IMG/VR virus record: IMGVR_UViG_3300028591_000138
Location: 36,722 to 100,721 of that record
Source of the DNA: a virus
Taxonomy: Duplodnaviria; Caudoviricetes
Direction: 5' to 3' (one strand)
Length of the DNA stretch: 64,000 bases
Positions within the stretch are counted from its first letter, which is position 1; the number at the start of each line of letters is the position of its first letter. The position numbers and the translations under genes were made by a program. The notes below the pieces were generated by a model. It worked only from the letters and a program-made list of their open reading frames with translations, was not told the DNA's origin and did not search any database. Shown one piece after another: positions 41,006 through 49,865 of the stretch.

Positions 41006-42880
41006 ATGAATGAGAGAATAACATATTACAGCAACCCCGATGTCATCTACGACGAAGAAGTGGATGTGGTTAAAGGGGCAAGCCTGTTGGGTACTGAGGT
41101 TGACAAGAATTTCAATACCTTGGAAGGACGCGGTATTAAGAACGTGGAAATCAACAAGGATGAGAAATCGCTTATTATAACCCTTTTGAACGGGAAGAAA
41201 TATACTTGCGAAACTCCCTACGAGGAAGGTATAACTTCAATTGACTTTGACTATGACAAGGATTTCGGCGTACTGAGCGTTTATATCAACAAATCGGAAA
41301 AGCCTATCGAGATTGACGGTTTTATCACCAAGGGTGACGTTGAGGAAATCGCTAGCGAAAACACGGTGTTCAGTGACACCACCCTCTCGGGCGACGGTAC
41401 AGCCACTTCTCCGTTGTCACTGTCCAGAACCCAGCGTACTGGCATGTTCAAGCCAGTTATTGACGCTGTTGAGGAACTTCCTACGGAGGGAATGATTGTG
41501 GGCGACCGTTATGTTACCATAGAACCAGTTGACGTTTACGGTGCCCTCTACACCTACAGAGGTGTCAAGAACATAATGAGGAATATCCGTTGCGGAAAAT
41601 GGCGTGTTGCCAGAAAATGGGACTGGGACGACATGTTGAACGCCCTCGAGCCGAACAGGATTAACAAGAGCCACCACAGAAAGGACTGCAATGTATATCT
41701 CGGTCACGACGCTAACACATACCTGGCACAAGAGGTTTACAACTTTAATCCAGTTTTGTGCGGCTATGCTTACGAAGAAGAAAATCCGCACGTCGTTTAC
41801 AACGGCATGAGGACTGCTTGGTGGACTGGTTCTAACGAAGATGGCAGAAACGCTTACTACAAGAGAATTGACGATGGTGTAAACGGTGTATACCAGGATA
41901 TTGTGGACGGAAAGAATTATTATTCGGTTCGTCTGGTTCGCGACTATGAGGATAACGAGGTTTTGAGTGCCGAGGAAATCATGGGCACCACATACCCCGT
42001 GACCCTTATGCCATCGGAAACCAAGGGTCTCCGTGTTTGGCTGGCTGTTAACTTCAGTTCCGAACTTGTTCCTGTAACCGACGATTTCAGCCATACTAAT
42101 TGTTACATTAACTGCGACGAGGTACCCCCACAGACTGAAACTGAAACTATCACCGATACTATAATAGTTGACGATATGCAGGGTGCTAGGTTCCGTCCAG
42201 GTCCCGAGGAATGGCCCAATGCCGTTGCTATGGCTTACATTAACGAGTGGGACGGTGAGAAGTGGCTGAAAATGGCTCTCGGTGAATACGATACTTTCTA
42301 CATGATTGAAAAGGGCGACTATTACCGTCTCGAGAACGGCGAGGTTGTTCCAGTGCATGGTGCCGATGAAAAGACGCTTGCCGACAACACCAACATGATT
42401 AAGGCTCTTATGACACTCCACAGTACCGATGAGGTAACCCAGGGTATGCTGACGGTCGCTTATGAAAATCAGGGTGATTACACACCTCGTTATACACCGA
42501 CAATCAACGGTAATCAGATTACTTATGACAACATTCCCGCGAGCGAGATACCGCAAGGCTACCTGATGAACGACCTAGCTCGTTTCGTGGGTGCAATCTA
42601 CGGAACCTACGGTCTTGACCCAGCTGTATACCCGAGCAACACCGACGGTCGTGAATATGCTTGGGATGAGAGACTTGGTTTGAAGGGTAGCAACTATGTC
42701 CGCCACACTGCCGACGGTGAAATTGAGTGGATTAACGAGGAAGAACATCTCGCCTACACCCTGGTTCACGACATAGTTGAAGATTTCACCGCTGCAATGC
42801 CAGCCTCAAGTTTTTCGTTCAGTGTTAATCTCGGCGGCAGGGAAATTAATGTTCAAATAACAGTTGATTTACAACACTAA
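41006..42880 (+). CDS. Virion protein with Fibrobacter major paralogous (FISUMP/FGE-like lectin) domain
   Basis: YGALYTY...KWRVA...DWDDML...AWWTGS...YYSVRLVRD. Confidence 0.6.
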   Translation: MNERITYYSNPDVIYDEEVDVVKGASLLGTEVDKNFNTLEGRGIKNVEINKDEKSLIITLLNGKKYTCETPYEEGITSIDFDYDKDFGVLSVYINKSEKPIEIDGFITKGDVEEIASENTVFSDTTLSGDGTATSPLSLSRTQRTGMFKPVIDAVEELPTEGMIVGDRYVTIEPVDVYGALYTYRGVKNIMRNIRCGKWRVARKWDWDDMLNALEPNRINKSHHRKDCNVYLGHDANTYLAQEVYNFNPVLCGYAYEEENPHVVYNGMRTAWWTGSNEDGRNAYYKRIDDGVNGVYQDIVDGKNYYSVRLVRDYEDNEVLSAEEIMGTTYPVTLMPSETKGLRVWLAVNFSSELVPVTDDFSHTNCYINCDEVPPQTETETITDTIIVDDMQGARFRPGPEEWPNAVAMAYINEWDGEKWLKMALGEYDTFYMIEKGDYYRLENGEVVPVHGADEKTLADNTNMIKALMTLHSTDEVTQGMLTVAYENQGDYTPRYTPTINGNQITYDNIPASEIPQGYLMNDLARFVGAIYGTYGLDPAVYPSNTDGREYAWDERLGLKGSNYVRHTADGEIEWINEEEHLAYTLVHDIVEDFTAAMPASSFSFSVNLGGREINVQITVDLQH

Positions 42881-42889
42881 TCATATAAA

Positions 42890-43588
42890 ATGAAGAAGAC
42901 TGATTATAGGATTATCAAAAGACCAGTAAAAAAGGAAGACCCAGCTCCAATTGTCTACAATCTGGACGACGTCACTATTCCACCTGATTATCCTCAGCCT
43001 CCTAAACCACACCCAGGTCCAAAACCTCCCGTGCCACCTGTGCCACCACACCCAGGTCCAAAACCGCCAGTGCCTCCGCTGCCGCCTGTTCCGCCACCAC
43101 AACCCGTACCCGTGGGCGAGGTTGTGTTTGCAAACGGTCTCGAGGAACATCACAGAATAGTTAATGTACGAGTGAGTCCTGATTCGATGCAGTACATGGC
43201 GGCAACTCCAAACGGGGTAACTATTAGGAAACTTCTGGATAGGGTTGAACGTCAAAACAGGGAAATCGCTGAGATGGCTTCCATTATAGTAGACATGAAA
43301 AGCCAAATTAACCAGCTTACAGGCAGTGTTAAACCGAGCGCGATTATGAAGAATATCGCCGATAACTCCGAACTCTTCGGTCTCGACGAGAACGGGGAAC
43401 TGATTGTCAATCTGGGCGGCGGTCTGGTTGCCGACGACGGAAAGGTTGTGGTCGACTTCGATGAAAGCCTGGCTCTCGACGATGACGGGAAAATCGGTCT
43501 CGATTTCGACGATACAATGTCAGTCAACGACGGAAAGGTCGGTGTTACTGGCGTGTGGGGGGAATTTAACAGTGATAGAAACGATTAA
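42890..43588 (+). CDS. Proline-rich fibre-like protein
   Basis: PHPGPKPPVPP repeats, a coiled coil, and L..DDDGKI repeats. Confidence 0.55.
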   Translation: MKKTDYRIIKRPVKKEDPAPIVYNLDDVTIPPDYPQPPKPHPGPKPPVPPVPPHPGPKPPVPPLPPVPPPQPVPVGEVVFANGLEEHHRIVNVRVSPDSMQYMAATPNGVTIRKLLDRVERQNREIAEMASIIVDMKSQINQLTGSVKPSAIMKNIADNSELFGLDENGELIVNLGGGLVADDGKVVVDFDESLALDDDGKIGLDFDDTMSVNDGKVGVTGVWGEFNSDRND

Positions 43589-43626
43589 AATAAGATTAAT
43601 AAATAAGTAAAATAAACTAAAATAAA

Positions 43627-45981
43627 ATGGCAAGTAATACGTCACTAAAATTTTACAAATTTAATACTAGCACTGGAGACTACGCTTCGAGAGTTAGTAA
43701 TGCAAAAGCTGTAGAAGGTGCTATTATCTACCTTGTTGATGTACACGAATTGTGGGTCGGTGGTTCAACACCTCAGTTGGCTTTGAAAGGTGCTAACAAT
43801 GTCAGTTTTGAGAATAATATGTTGACAGTTACAACATATAATCAAACTGGTACACCAACTACCCAAACACTTGACTTCTCGGATACAGCATCCGCCAGCG
43901 CCACACTGAATGTGTTTAAACACATCACCTATGATTTAATTGGCGCAGTACAAACAGGTAATCCAGCAACCACCACACTTGACTATGGAACAACCACCTA
44001 TCTTCAGGGTGTTCAAACTTTGGTTGCTGCTGATAAGGCTCTTGATACTGAAATTAAAACCGTTTGGGATGCTGTACAGACAGCAGGCAAGGTTGATGAC
44101 GTGAAAATCGGCAATCAGAGTATTGTAACTAATAAAGTTGCTGTGTTTGAGACTGATGAGCTCTATGATGCGTCCACTAATAAGATTGCCACCGTTCAGA
44201 CGGTTACCGATGCAATAAATGCTTTGGATGTAACCGACAGTATGGGTGATGCAAGCATTAGCGGTTCGACTATTACCATTCAAGGTGTCAAGCAAACTGA
44301 CGGTAAAATTATAGATGGTGATGTGACCACTATTAACCTTGAGGGTACATATAATGAATCAGCCAACAAGATTGCAACCCAAAGTACAGTTACCAATGCT
44401 ATTAATGATTTAGATGTCAGCGGTTTTGCTATGGCTGCCGTTGATGGTAATAAAATCCAGATTAAAGGTTTGAAGGAAGAAGATGGTAAAGTTGAATCAA
44501 TAAGTACAACTGGAAATAACGGTGCTGTTGAAATCTTGCTTGATGGTAACTATAATGCAACTTCTGGTTCCCAGAACCTTATTGCTACACAGAGCACTGT
44601 AAGTACTGCTGTTGCTAACGCTGTTGAAGCTCTGGATACTCAGAATGATGTTCACGATGTTGTTTATACAGCAGCTAGTGGTAATAACGGTGCAAAACTG
44701 ACGTTTAAAGGCGTTAGTGAAACTGATGGTATAATTGCTCAAGGTGGTGGTACAACTGAGCTGCAGTTTGCTAAAGTTGCTACAACTGGTTCAGCTGACG
44801 ATGTGAACGTAACTTATCAATCCGCAACGCAAACGGTTTCACAAGCAGTTACTGGAATTGATAATCGTATTACAGCTTTAGAACAACTACCAAAGTATGA
44901 TGTTGTTGTGCTTGGTGTAAGTGAAAACTTACCAACAGCGGACGCTACCACGATGCATAAGATTTACCTGAAGCCTTTAAGTGGTTCTCAACCAACTGAT
45001 GATATCTACGAAGAATGGATTACGGTTAAAACTGGTAGTTCTGAGCCTTATTCATATTCTTGGGAAAAACTCGGAACCACAGCAGCTTCTCTTGAAGGTT
45101 ATGCAAAATCAGTAACCGTTAACGGTCGAACCTATACCGTGCCTAGTAACAGTACCGATATTAATATCGGCAACGCTATAACTGGAGTGTCGGGCGAGAC
45201 TGTTATTAGTGGTGGTAATAGTGACTTTGTTGCCGTTACAGCAACTACTTCTGCTGCAGAAAGTGGCGCTCAAGGAGTAACTCTTGCTTCGAGTGTTAAA
45301 ATACAAGCTGTTACTACTGCCAGCTCCAACGCTCAGGGTCTTGCTGAGGCTAGCGACGTTAAAAACTATGTTGATAGTCAGATTGGCAATTTGAATAAAA
45401 CTTCCACAACGAAAGATGGTACCAATGTACATGTTACATATTCTGAAACCGACGGTATTGTAAGTCTCGATACTATCACTGAAGATTATGCCACAATCAC
45501 AAGAACGGCTAAAGCAAGTGGTGTTACACCAAACTTGGTTGTTACTAGTGGTGATGAAAACAAACTTGTAAAAGCTTCCAATATCGCTGATGTCAAAGCT
45601 TATGCTGACGACAAGGTAGCTGATGAAATTGAAAAGCTTGATGCTGACATAACATCTGACGATGCTGCTGTTGCAAACGTCAAGGTTGTTGAAACGGATG
45701 GTAAAATCACCGATGTTGTTGTAACTAACATATCTGCTGGTGTACAATATACCGCAGCTGGTAGTGGTACACCCGCTAACCTTGCCGCTTCAACTAGCAC
45801 AGGTGCTGTTACTGGTGCTGATATTGCTGCAATTAAAAATTATGTTGACGCACAAAATTCAAGTGTTAGTGACGGTGCTCAGACCCTTACAGTCAATGAT
45901 GCAAACATGTCAACCCTTGCAACCGTCGACGGTACTCCAATCACAGCAAAAGTCGCCCTGGTTTGGGAGGAATATGTATAA
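43627..45981 (+). CDS. Long Thr/Ala-rich fibre protein
   Basis: Repeats Y...NKIATQSTV..AI..LD / ETDGKI; paralogous to 13237..14397. Confidence 0.65.
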   Translation: MASNTSLKFYKFNTSTGDYASRVSNAKAVEGAIIYLVDVHELWVGGSTPQLALKGANNVSFENNMLTVTTYNQTGTPTTQTLDFSDTASASATLNVFKHITYDLIGAVQTGNPATTTLDYGTTTYLQGVQTLVAADKALDTEIKTVWDAVQTAGKVDDVKIGNQSIVTNKVAVFETDELYDASTNKIATVQTVTDAINALDVTDSMGDASISGSTITIQGVKQTDGKIIDGDVTTINLEGTYNESANKIATQSTVTNAINDLDVSGFAMAAVDGNKIQIKGLKEEDGKVESISTTGNNGAVEILLDGNYNATSGSQNLIATQSTVSTAVANAVEALDTQNDVHDVVYTAASGNNGAKLTFKGVSETDGIIAQGGGTTELQFAKVATTGSADDVNVTYQSATQTVSQAVTGIDNRITALEQLPKYDVVVLGVSENLPTADATTMHKIYLKPLSGSQPTDDIYEEWITVKTGSSEPYSYSWEKLGTTAASLEGYAKSVTVNGRTYTVPSNSTDINIGNAITGVSGETVISGGNSDFVAVTATTSAAESGAQGVTLASSVKIQAVTTASSNAQGLAEASDVKNYVDSQIGNLNKTSTTKDGTNVHVTYSETDGIVSLDTITEDYATITRTAKASGVTPNLVVTSGDENKLVKASNIADVKAYADDKVADEIEKLDADITSDDAAVANVKVVETDGKITDVVVTNISAGVQYTAAGSGTPANLAASTSTGAVTGADIAAIKNYVDAQNSSVSDGAQTLTVNDANMSTLATVDGTPITAKVALVWEEYV

Positions 45982-46059
45982 AAACCAACACGAGATATGG
46001 GTGGGTAACCAATCCCACCCATGTTTTAAGAATAAAATATAAAACACAAGACAAATAAC

Positions 46060-47163
46060 ATGGCTACAAAAATTCAATTTAAGTACGGTCAATGGTCACA
46101 CGAAGCTGGTTGTCAAATGTCTATCGATAATCCAGGTCTAGTGGTATTCAACGGTGCGTTGCAGGAAATCTATGTTGACGGTAAAACTTTCGGTTTCTCC
46201 GAAGCTGGTCTTGAGGAACTTCTTGAAAGGGTTGAAACTCTTGAAGAGTTCCGCGAGGCGATGCGTGTCGAAGAATATGCGCAGGCTACCGTAACCACGG
46301 ATAGTGAGGCTGGTACATCAGACCTTTTGATTGCGAAGATTGGACAAGGTACTGGTGCCGAGGGTGAAAACGACGGCAAGATTTATACCAGTGGTAACAG
46401 TCTCGCTATCAAACTCGACGGTTTGTATAACGACAACGAGGAAGCTGGTGACATCAATCTTGTTGCAACACAGTCGACGGTTAAGACCGCTTGCGACAAC
46501 CTGAGAGCTGAGATTCTCGGAACAATCGACCCTGAGGAACTGGAGAAAACTCTTGACACAATCAAGGAAATCCAGGACGTTCTCTTGAACGGTTCGTACA
46601 CAATCGACCATCAGACTGGTGTCGACCCTGAGACTGGCGAACCAATCTATTCCACAATTCACACCGAAAAGGTTGAGGTTATAGACCCTGAAACACAACA
46701 GGTCACTGGTTATGAATACACCAACGGCGCTGACGGTGAGGACAAGCAAGTCTATGCTACCGAGGATTTGAACGGTAACATCACCTATGAAGAAGGTTAC
46801 GCCAATATTAAGGCTGTTGCTTCCATCGACAGTCTGGTTGCTAGTGTCGAAGTAACTGAAAATATCAACAAGGGACATGTCACGGCAACCCGTGAGGATG
46901 CTAATGTTCTTATCGGTGTCAACTACGGTACGTTCAAGACTGGTCACGGTAACGTGATGGACGAGACCTCGACGGCTTTTGTCGACGGTATCGCAACGGT
47001 TGCTGATGTACAGAGGTATATCGAGGAAAGACTGACCTGGGTGTCTTACGAAACCGACGCCAGCGCACTGGCAACAGACTTGACACAGCAGGCTCAGAGT
47101 GGCGACCCTGTCAACATCTCGAACAATGCTGACATCAACCAGTCAATGATTATCGGTCAATAA
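46060..47163 (+). CDS. Fibre-family virion protein
   Basis: Shares the N-terminal G.V.F....EIYV.G motif and LVATQSTV; has LDTIKEIQD. Confidence 0.55.
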   Translation: MATKIQFKYGQWSHEAGCQMSIDNPGLVVFNGALQEIYVDGKTFGFSEAGLEELLERVETLEEFREAMRVEEYAQATVTTDSEAGTSDLLIAKIGQGTGAEGENDGKIYTSGNSLAIKLDGLYNDNEEAGDINLVATQSTVKTACDNLRAEILGTIDPEELEKTLDTIKEIQDVLLNGSYTIDHQTGVDPETGEPIYSTIHTEKVEVIDPETQQVTGYEYTNGADGEDKQVYATEDLNGNITYEEGYANIKAVASIDSLVASVEVTENINKGHVTATREDANVLIGVNYGTFKTGHGNVMDETSTAFVDGIATVADVQRYIEERLTWVSYETDASALATDLTQQAQSGDPVNISNNADINQSMIIGQ

Positions 47164-47188
47164 AGGATAAAATAGGAGAAATATAATT

Positions 47189-47881
47189 ATGGCAAGAATA
47201 TTAACAAACAATATTGAAATCAACTTCGGTGACAAAGTCTGGTCGACAGATGAAATCATCAACGCATATCCTTGGGCTCTGGTCGGTGTTGAAACCGAGG
47301 CTACCTTCAACGGTACCACTGGCGGTGTCGACACTTACACCAACCTTAACAAAGACCAGTTCTATTCACCTACCGATTACTCACAGGCTATAACCGTCGG
47401 CAGAATGGGTGACGCTAACCCAGCTGGTAAACTGACCATCAACGGTGGTTTTTATGCTTCCCCCGCATCTGCAGTCTATGTAGCCAAGGGTGTTTGCATC
47501 ATCAACGGCGGTACTTTCATGGGTCAGCCTGACCACTCGACAACCCCGCAGCCTGGTCACGAGGCTGAAAAATACCCCTACGGAAGAAGCTTCCTCCTGA
47601 ACCTTTTCGACGCTGAGCGTACCAAAGGCAGGGCTGCTCTGTATGTGACTGGCGGTTCCTTTATTGGATTCGACCCAGCCGACAACTTTGCCGAAGGCAA
47701 CAACACCAACTTTGTTTGTGTTGGATATAAATCAGTCGAGGATGGTGAGTACACCTATACCGTTAAAGATAGATTCAGCGGCGAGAACGGTACACTGAGA
47801 ACCGTTAAGGTTTATACAGTTGTTCCTGAGAGCGACCAGCGTGAAGGCATCAGCGGTACACAGACTCTTCCTAACGAATAA
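47189..47881 (+). CDS. Beta-helix-like surface/virion protein
   Basis: LTINGGF / CIINGGTF / VTGGSFIGFDPA repeats. Confidence 0.5.
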   Translation: MARILTNNIEINFGDKVWSTDEIINAYPWALVGVETEATFNGTTGGVDTYTNLNKDQFYSPTDYSQAITVGRMGDANPAGKLTINGGFYASPASAVYVAKGVCIINGGTFMGQPDHSTTPQPGHEAEKYPYGRSFLLNLFDAERTKGRAALYVTGGSFIGFDPADNFAEGNNTNFVCVGYKSVEDGEYTYTVKDRFSGENGTLRTVKVYTVVPESDQREGISGTQTLPNE

Positions 47882-47907
47882 TCGAACTTCGATTTATCCG
47901 AACATAC

Positions 47908-47941
47908 GAAAAGCCCTCTCGAAACAAGAGGGCTTTTTTTT
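47908..47941. terminator. Intrinsic terminator
   Basis: AAAAGCCCTCT-cgaaaca-AGAGGGCTTTTTTTT. Confidence 0.8.
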
Positions 47942-47956
47942 GTTGCCGTTTACTTT

Positions 47957-48066
47957 TGGAAAAAGTGGTCTTTTTTAGCCTGTATTTATTGGAAAAAGTG
48001 GCAAAAAATGGTCAAAACTCCCTGGAAAAAGTGGCAAAAAATGGTCAAAACTCCCTGGAAAAAGTG
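47957..48066. repeat. Four TGGAAAAAGTG direct repeats with exact 33-bp period
   Basis: Copies start at 47957, 47990, 48023 and 48056; the last two spacers are identical. Confidence 0.9.
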
Positions 48067-48084
48067 TAGGGCATGACCGATAAC

Positions 48085-49632
48085 TTATTGTAAAACACTT
48101 ACATCCTGAGGTTGTGTTTTAAAGAGGGAAGTTACATCATTTTCCTCACTGTCATCAACCTCATTTTCCTCACCATAGTCACGGTCAATGATGTCGTAGA
48201 TGTCACCCAATTTAACGCCCCATTTGGTTGAAATAAGAGCACCAGTGTTCGGGTCAAACTCACACAGACCGAGAATCTTGTCAGGAATTTCACCGTCGGT
48301 CAGCAGGGCGTCGACCTCCGAGTCGGTGAGCTTGGATATATAGGACTTGTAAAGCTCATGTTCCTGTTTGATGCCGTCCCGCTCAAGAATAGCCATGCGT
48401 TCAAAGTAGTCTTTCTTGATAGCTTCCCAGTCCATTCCACATTCCTTAATGTAGACAGGGGTTTTGTCGACCGAAATCCAGAACCTGATTTCCTTGTCCT
48501 CCATAGTCATAAGCTGCTCGTAGGTGTCTTGGTCTGACGGTCTGTATGGTTGTCCCGATACAAGCTTGGTTTCCTCCCTTGTGAACTGTTTTCTGTCCTT
48601 GGGGTTGGTGATGAGGATGTTGTTTTCCTCTACCAGTTCGCCTTTCTTATTGAGTACTTGTTTCATCCTTATTTTTTTATCAAAACATACCAGCTGAGGT
48701 TTGATTCGGTTATTGAACATCTCAATGTACTTGGCGACATTGTACTCAAAATCGTCGTTGCAAAAATGGTCTTCTTCATCCTCGATAATGTTAGTCGGCA
48801 CCATGACACAGTTGAATATGATTTCATCCTCGTCCCAGACGTTCGGATAGTTCTCCTTGATGAATTTCTCGAGATTCAAGGTGACTGTACCCTGGTTGCG
48901 GCACACTTTGTTTCGAGCCTCCTGGTCGCCCAGTTTCGCCGCTTTCTTTAAGGCGTTCCACTCTTTCTCATATTTCTTAGTCACATCGGTCTTGACACCG
49001 TCAATGTGTTCGTAGTAGTGGGTAATGCGCTTTACGTCCGAGTCGCCTTTCTTAGTACCTGTGTTAATGTAGTATATTGAATCACCCATGTGGACGTCGA
49101 GATTATTCTTGATTGCCAGTTCATACCACGCCTGCCGAGCTTTCTTGCTACCCGACTTGGTTCTCTGTTCGCACGCTTTTTTATACTCGTCAAGACTCAT
49201 TTTGATTTTGCCGACGCTGGCGATATCCTTCAAAGGTATCTGGAGATTGTAGATTTCCTCAATTTTGTCATAGTATTTTTCCAGAAATTCATATCCCCTG
49301 TCGTTGAGAAGGTCGCGGACGGTGTTGTCGATGAATTTTTCAATATAAGTTGAGAGTTTTTTTGACTTAATTGTATTGCCAACAAGTTTGACTTCCTGTT
49401 TTTCAACGTCCAATAAGTCCATATAATTCTTACGGGCAATGTAACAGGAGCTTGGCACAAACTCGTCAATGTCCAGACCGTTCTTACCTCTCATGAACAA
49501 GTCATTGAATTCCGCCAGGTCACCGTAAGGACCAATATAAGCCTTTCCTTTTTCAGTGTTTCGGTTCATACCCGTCGAAATGTATGGGTTTTCCTCTGTA
49601 TAGCGGAATGACGGGGGTTGTTTGAAATTCAT
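48085..49632 (-). CDS. polB: DNA polymerase B, C-terminal part (begins right after the DTDG motif)
   Basis: MNF..., LDIDE, IARKNY, VKLVGNTIKSKK and YNVAKYIEMFNNRIKP motifs. Confidence 0.85.
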   Translation of the reverse strand: MNFKQPPSFRYTEENPYISTGMNRNTEKGKAYIGPYGDLAEFNDLFMRGKNGLDIDEFVPSSCYIARKNYMDLLDVEKQEVKLVGNTIKSKKLSTYIEKFIDNTVRDLLNDRGYEFLEKYYDKIEEIYNLQIPLKDIASVGKIKMSLDEYKKACEQRTKSGSKKARQAWYELAIKNNLDVHMGDSIYYINTGTKKGDSDVKRITHYYEHIDGVKTDVTKKYEKEWNALKKAAKLGDQEARNKVCRNQGTVTLNLEKFIKENYPNVWDEDEIIFNCVMVPTNIIEDEEDHFCNDDFEYNVAKYIEMFNNRIKPQLVCFDKKIRMKQVLNKKGELVEENNILITNPKDRKQFTREETKLVSGQPYRPSDQDTYEQLMTMEDKEIRFWISVDKTPVYIKECGMDWEAIKKDYFERMAILERDGIKQEHELYKSYISKLTDSEVDALLTDGEIPDKILGLCEFDPNTGALISTKWGVKLGDIYDIIDRDYGEENEVDDSEENDVTSLFKTQPQDVSVLQ

Positions 49633-49637
49633 ACCAT

Positions 49638-49748
49638 TTAACCGTCCGTATTGTGCAGGATGTTCATACCCAAAGCGTTTACAAACGTTGAGTCTAACGA
49701 AACATCGTACACAACACGGACCTTTTTGTCAAGTTTTTGTGTTTTCAT
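49638..49748 (-). CDS. Split-intein C-fragment plus 3-aa extein (TDG), missing from the ORF track
   Basis: MKTQKLDKKVRVVYDVSLDSTFVNALGMNILHN|TDG*: block F (VYDVS...TF) and block G (LHN|T). Confidence 0.85.
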   Translation of the reverse strand: MKTQKLDKKVRVVYDVSLDSTFVNALGMNILHNTDG

Positions 49749-49865
49749 GTTAATTTAATTTTGTTAATTATTTCTGTTAGTTAAGTTAGGATGAGACCTA
49801 GCATCATAACAGTGTTTCTAGTTACTAATATACAAAAAATATTAAAATCGTTTTACAGATTTTTT

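Noticed and set aside
41006-47881. Diversity-generating retroelement
   Set aside because: No reverse transcriptase or template/variable repeat pair is seen in the window.
47957-48066. Mini CRISPR array
   Set aside because: The repeat is only 11 bp, two of the three spacers are identical, and no cas genes are present.
49633-49640. The 8-nt insert as a group I intron
   Set aside because: It is far too short for a ribozyme, and no in-frame excision satisfies the U|...G splice rule.
49822-49838. Self-targeting of the IntC promoter by the first TnpB guide (17-nt match TTACTAATATACAAAAA)
   Set aside because: The match covers only the TAM-distal part, no seed or TAM is present, it is explained by the shared promoter motif, and that TnpB is frameshifted.
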